Notes under the pieces: generated by a model | What the model was told of the DNA's origin: nothing | Database searches by the model: none | What the model saw: only the letters and a program-made list of their open reading frames with translations | Shown: piece after piece, positions 35,623-39,409 of the stretch | Position numbering within the stretch: position 1 is the stretch's first letter | Layout: the number at the start of each line of letters is the position of its first letter | Made by a program: the position numbers and the translations under genes | Origin: a virus | Direction: 5' to 3' (one strand) | UHGV virus genome: UHGV-0098635 | DNA length: 39,409 nt

Positions 35623-36036
35623 GTGGTTTTTATGTCAGTTCAGATAACCAGTGAGTCTTTAAATCAGTGGCTTAGCATGAGTTCTCTGGTGGCGGTTATA
35701 GCAGGAGCACCTCCTGAGGTTGCTTTGGGGTCTTTGGCTGGAGCGGTTATTTTTGTTACCTCTGCAGTAGAGTATCCCATTCGTCGTCGCGTACTCTTGT
35801 CGATGCTTAGCTTTCTCTGCGGACTTCTTTTCTACAAACCAGCAGCATCAATTCTTATCGGCATAGCCAGCCTGATCCCTACAATTACGCAGGACTCGTT
35901 TGAGAAAGGGATTGTTTTCTCTGCTGGTGCATTCGTGTCAGCAATCGTCGCAGTTCGAATTGGAATCTGGCTCTATCACCGTTCCGATAATCCACGCGAG
36001 TTAATTCCGGGGAGAAAAGACGATGGTAACGCATGA
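35623..36036 (+). CDS. holin-like membrane protein
   Basis: Multiple hydrophobic segments; possible dual start GTG 35623 / ATG 35632 (M-V-F-M); sits directly upstream of the endolysin. Confidence 0.5.
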   Translation: MVFMSVQITSESLNQWLSMSSLVAVIAGAPPEVALGSLAGAVIFVTSAVEYPIRRRVLLSMLSFLCGLLFYKPAASILIGIASLIPTITQDSFEKGIVFSAGAFVSAIVAVRIGIWLYHRSDNPRELIPGRKDDGNA

Positions 36037-36331
36037 GTTTTTTTTGCTTATCACCAATGCAGTTATTTGCACTGGCATAGCAATTCGCGTTGTCACATTC
36101 CGGCGTAACGGCTCTCAACACCGAAGGTGGGGAGGATGGCTTGCTTATTTCCTGATTGTTGCTGCGGCCAGTATTCCTGTTCGTGTCGCCTATGCAATCT
36201 GGTTACGTACGCCAATGGCTGTGGATTTATCTGAGGTCATTATCAACGCTGTCATGCTAGCTGCGGTTATTAAAACTCGCGGTAACGTTGTTCAGATTTT
36301 CAAAATAACGAGGTCTAAACATGGAGATTAA
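36023..36331 (+). CDS. second lysis-cassette membrane protein (holin/antiholin-like)
   Basis: 102-aa ORF with three hydrophobic segments, overlapping both neighbours. Confidence 0.45.
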   Translation: MVTHEFFLLITNAVICTGIAIRVVTFRRNGSQHRRWGGWLAYFLIVAAASIPVRVAYAIWLRTPMAVDLSEVIINAVMLAAVIKTRGNVVQIFKITRSKHGD

Positions 36332-36950
36332 ACAATTCCAACGAGCTGCTGGTATTAGCGAGGCGCTGGCCGCACGCTGGTTCTCGCATATAACTTCTGC
36401 GATGAAAGAGTTTGATATCAGCAAACCAGAAGATCAGGCAATGTTTATTGCTCAGGTCGGGCATGAGTCTGGAGGCTTCACCCGGTTGCAGGAAAATTTC
36501 AACTACAGCGTCAGCGGACTGGCGAGCTTTGTCAGGACTGGACGCCTCACCCAGGGACAGGCTAATGCACTGGGGCGCCGTGCTGGTGAACCACCATTGC
36601 CACTTGAGCGCCAGCGCGCGATCGCAAATCTGGTTTACAGCAAACGCATGGGTAACAATGCTCCCGGCGATGGCTGGAATTACCGTGGGCGCGGGCTTAT
36701 CCAGATTACCGGTTTGAATAACTATCGTGACTGCGGAAACGGTCTGAAAGTTGACCTGCTGGAGAATCCTGAACTGCTGGCGCAGGACGAATACGCGGCT
36801 CGTAGCGCGGCGTGGTTCTTTGCCAGCAAAGGATGCATGAAGTATACCGGTGATATTGCACGTGTAACTCTGATTATCAATGGTGGCCGGAACGGCATCG
36901 ACGACCGGCGCGCGCGGTACGTCACTGCCAGTAAGGTGCTGGCTATATGA
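36321..36950 (+). CDS. endolysin, glycoside hydrolase family 19 (chitinase class I-like)
   Basis: 209-aa ORF with [11 protein letters not shown] and GRGLIQITG motifs. Confidence 0.8.
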   Translation: MEIKQFQRAAGISEALAARWFSHITSAMKEFDISKPEDQAMFIAQVGHESGGFTRLQENFNYSVSGLASFVRTGRLTQGQANALGRRAGEPPLPLERQRAIANLVYSKRMGNNAPGDGWNYRGRGLIQITGLNNYRDCGNGLKVDLLENPELLAQDEYAARSAAWFFASKGCMKYTGDIARVTLIINGGRNGIDDRRARYVTASKVLAI

Positions 36951-37429
36951 TCTGGGCATTCGTAAAAGCATATTGGAAACAACTGATTATCGTGGTGATG
37001 CTTGCTGCTCTGTTCATCGTCGGAGTGGTTGTCTGGAATATACACGGCAGTCGCCAGTACGATGCCGGGTATGCGCAGGCGGAAGAAGATCGCAAAGACG
37101 AAGAAGACAAAGTTCGTCAGTACTACGAACAGGAGAAAGTGACCAATGAACGTGAAGCGCAGCAGAGAATCGACCAGGCGCGCAATGATGCTCTTGATGC
37201 TGCCGCTCGCGCTGGCAGGTTGCAGCAACAACTCTTTGCCATCCGTGAGCAGCTCAGGCAGTATAACGCCATTGTCGGCGCTGGGACGTCAGCCGCAGAC
37301 ACCGGAGTTTTGCTTGCCGACGTGCTCAGCAAATCTCTCGAGAGAAACAGACAACTGGCAGAGTATGCTGACCGGGCAGCCGAAGCCGGAAGAGTCTGCG
37401 AAAAACAGTATGACACCCTGACAAGATAG
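36947..37429 (+). CDS. i-spanin (Rz-like)
   Basis: N-terminal transmembrane segment then a charged coiled-coil; follows the endolysin with ATGA overlap. Confidence 0.7.
   Translation: MIWAFVKAYWKQLIIVVMLAALFIVGVVVWNIHGSRQYDAGYAQAEEDRKDEEDKVRQYYEQEKVTNEREAQQRIDQARNDALDAAARAGRLQQQLFAIREQLRQYNAIVGAGTSAADTGVLLADVLSKSLERNRQLAEYADRAAEAGRVCEKQYDTLTR
37146..37421 (+). CDS. o-spanin (Rz1-like), embedded in the +1 frame of Rz
   Basis: Signal peptide with lipobox LALAGC and a Pro/Ser-rich mature part; the likely real start is the ATG at 37185. Confidence 0.6.
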   Translation: MNVKRSRESTRRAMMLLMLPLALAGCSNNSLPSVSSSGSITPLSALGRQPQTPEFCLPTCSANLSRETDNWQSMLTGQPKPEESAKNSMTP

Positions 37430-37580
37430 CATGGCATTTTTCATGGCACTGATTTCCGGTGACGGTATATAAAACGGTACGGTGAAAATCATGTGGCAGA
37501 AAGTTGTTATCAGTCAATTGTTTATGTGTGTCGTAAATAATTGAGTGGGAATGATTTTGATCCCTGCACTATGAATGAAC

Positions 37581-37612
37581 AAAACCCTCTGTTACTACAG
37601 AGGGTTTTTTAT
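37581..37612. terminator. bidirectional rho-independent terminator
   Basis: Stem CCCTCTG / CAGAGGG, loop TTACTA, preceded by AAAA and followed by TTTTTT. Confidence 0.6.
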
Positions 37613-37648
37613 CTTCAAGAATTATAGGCTTGAAGTTACTTACATCGA

Positions 37649-38188
37649 TTAATTAAACCAGCTGTCCGATTTGTTCTCTTCTGCTTTGCCCACGCTTTTC
37701 ATCAGATCGCGACCGCCCTCAGTCATATTCCTGTTTGCGTCAGCTTCAGATTGCACCACATCGGTTTGCGCAGCTTTGTGCTTCAGTTCCTGATCGATAA
37801 ATTCGTTTTCGCGCTTAACGCGGGCTTCTTCTTTCGCCAGCGCCAGTTTTTGCTTCTGAATCTCTAAGCTACGTAGCTCATCTTCATAACTTTGATCGCG
37901 TTTTTTGTCCGCAGTGGCTTCGGCGTCCAGTTTATCCTGACGAGCTTTCTTATTCGCTGCTGCCGTTGCCGCTCTTTTATTAGCCGCGGCCTGGGCGTTT
38001 GCGCGACGTTGCTTCTCTTGCTGGATTTCCCTGTTGCGCTCCGCGACCCATTCGTCATGCTGCCTTTGCTCTTCATTTTTACCTTGCTGTTCCGCTTCTG
38101 CGACAGCCGAGAGTTGATCCTGCAATGATGAGGCGATAGCCGGATAGCTTAAGGAGGCTAAGATGGCGCAAAGAAAAACTTTCTTCAT
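37649..38188 (-). CDS. secreted coiled-coil protein (periplasmic; host gene or lysogenic-conversion gene)
   Basis: Signal peptide MKKVFLCAILASLSYPAIA then a Lys/Ala/Gln/Glu-rich helical region. Confidence 0.55.
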   Translation of the reverse strand: MKKVFLCAILASLSYPAIASSLQDQLSAVAEAEQQGKNEEQRQHDEWVAERNREIQQEKQRRANAQAAANKRAATAAANKKARQDKLDAEATADKKRDQSYEDELRSLEIQKQKLALAKEEARVKRENEFIDQELKHKAAQTDVVQSEADANRNMTEGGRDLMKSVGKAEENKSDSWFN

Positions 38189-38203
38189 GACTCCTCCTGA
38201 TTA

Positions 38204-38722
38204 TTAGCTCTTTTCAGGACATTTGGTATTTGGCTGAATACGCGTTTCGTTATACGTCGTGGTAATAACAACGGCTAAACCTGTCGTAAACTGGCACTCT
38301 TTACCCACCTGGGTGGAGGTATACACTTTGGTGCCTTCCTTATATGTTAAAGAAACACCTTCCACTAAGGTTTTATCATTCACCATAGAACCCGCTGCTG
38401 CGCCAACAGCTCCGCCGCCAACTGCACCTGCTGTCGTTCCGGAATTGCTGCCAGACCCGACGTTGTGGCCGATAACACCGCCAGCGACAGCGCCAATAAG
38501 CGCGCCGAAGGCTTGTGCGTTCCGTTTATTTTGGGCGTTGTCTACGGCAACTTTTGCGGGAAGAATGGAAATAATATTAACGGTTTTAGTTTCTTGTTTG
38601 GTATTCAGTTGATCGGTTTGATAAACATCGGCGGCATGATCATCAGCATTTGACTGGCATCCTGCCAGAGTAAATGACGCTAACATTGCCACAGGCAGAA
38701 GACATTTTTTTAATTTCATCAC
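38204..38722 (-). CDS. glycine-zipper outer-membrane lipoprotein
   Basis: Lipobox LAGC after a signal peptide; GALIGAVAGGVIGHNVGSG glycine zipper. Confidence 0.6.
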   Translation of the reverse strand: MMKLKKCLLPVAMLASFTLAGCQSNADDHAADVYQTDQLNTKQETKTVNIISILPAKVAVDNAQNKRNAQAFGALIGAVAGGVIGHNVGSGSNSGTTAGAVGGGAVGAAAGSMVNDKTLVEGVSLTYKEGTKVYTSTQVGKECQFTTGLAVVITTTYNETRIQPNTKCPEKS

Positions 38723-39032
38723 TATTCCTTGTTATACACATTACGAAAAATAAGACATTTAAGATCATCAAAAGAGGAAAGTAAATGTATTGCGTATAAA
38801 GGAATAGATTAAATTTATTAAAATTCATATGGGAAATAATTTATAAAAATACATCATCACAACATATGTATTAATGATGTATTTATTTCGCAGCCGAACA
38901 GGATGAACTTCAGTCAGAACAAAGACGTAAAATTTAAGATGAAAGAATATCTGCCGCTTTGATAATCTCAAAGAGCAAAAGCATCCGACAGCGAGGTGCC
39001 GTTATGTTCTGTGAGAGTGGAGAAGGTAACCG

Positions 39033-39224
39033 CTAACGTTGTACCGGTGATTCGACGGAGAGTGTGGATTGCTGAGCTTCTTTTTTGCTCTGATGGTGCT
39101 GCCAGGCACCGACGGACGAGTAGATAAAACGGCCAAAGAAGAAGATAAAGCTGATGAGCAGTACGATACGGGTCATGCGACTGTTAAATCGGTGTCGTTT
39201 TCGCATACTGGTTGCCTGACTCAC
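39033..39224 (-). CDS. small membrane protein
   Basis: 63-aa ORF with one hydrophobic helix (IVLLISFIFFFGRFIY) and a basic N-terminus. Confidence 0.35.
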   Translation of the reverse strand: MSQATSMRKRHRFNSRMTRIVLLISFIFFFGRFIYSSVGAWQHHQSKKEAQQSTLSVESPVQR

Positions 39225-39409
39225 AAAAGGTTCCTTGAAGTATGTCCCACGCCGTGGACGGTACTTACATTAAGGCACAACAGGACAAAATGGTCAATTC
39301 TTCGTTATGTAAAAAAGCGTCAGTGGATACATATTTTAATGTTATGGAAGTTAATTTAATTATTTACAATGATGATGTAATAATGATGAGTTAACATGAT
39401 AAACGTAAT

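Noticed and set aside
36315-37231. Minus-strand ORFs 36315-36971 and 36722-37231
   Set aside because: Antisense to the endolysin and spanin genes, which have clear motifs and coupling.
1-39409. CRISPR array, integrase, att sites, and phage RNA polymerase
   Set aside because: No spacer-interrupted repeat array and no integrase-like ORF are in the window. An att site cannot be defined from one end. No large polymerase-like ORF accompanies the T7-like virion module.

Overview
The window is almost entirely one temperate prophage with a mosaic build: a lambdoid early region (minus-strand recombination operon, non-cleavable repressor, Cro-like gene, O-like and P-like replication genes, nin-like small genes), then terminase, a T7-like podovirus virion module (portal, scaffold, capsid, gp11/gp12-like tail tube, gp14/gp15/gp16-like internal proteins), a tailspike with a self-cleaving chaperone domain, and a lysis cassette. 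No integrase or att site is in the window, so the prophage continues past the left edge; the right boundary is probably near 37.4-37.7 kb. Accessory insertions sit between the structural genes: an AT-rich membrane/coiled-coil gene with its own tRNA-Arg(UCU), a lipoprotein gene, a three-gene candidate toxin/defence operon, and a LexA-box-controlled antirepressor module. The most striking non-coding signal is a 15-bp palindrome, TTACC-N5-GGTAA, present about a dozen times at promoter positions across early, late and accessory regions. All functional calls rest on motif recognition and remembered family features; no database search was run.
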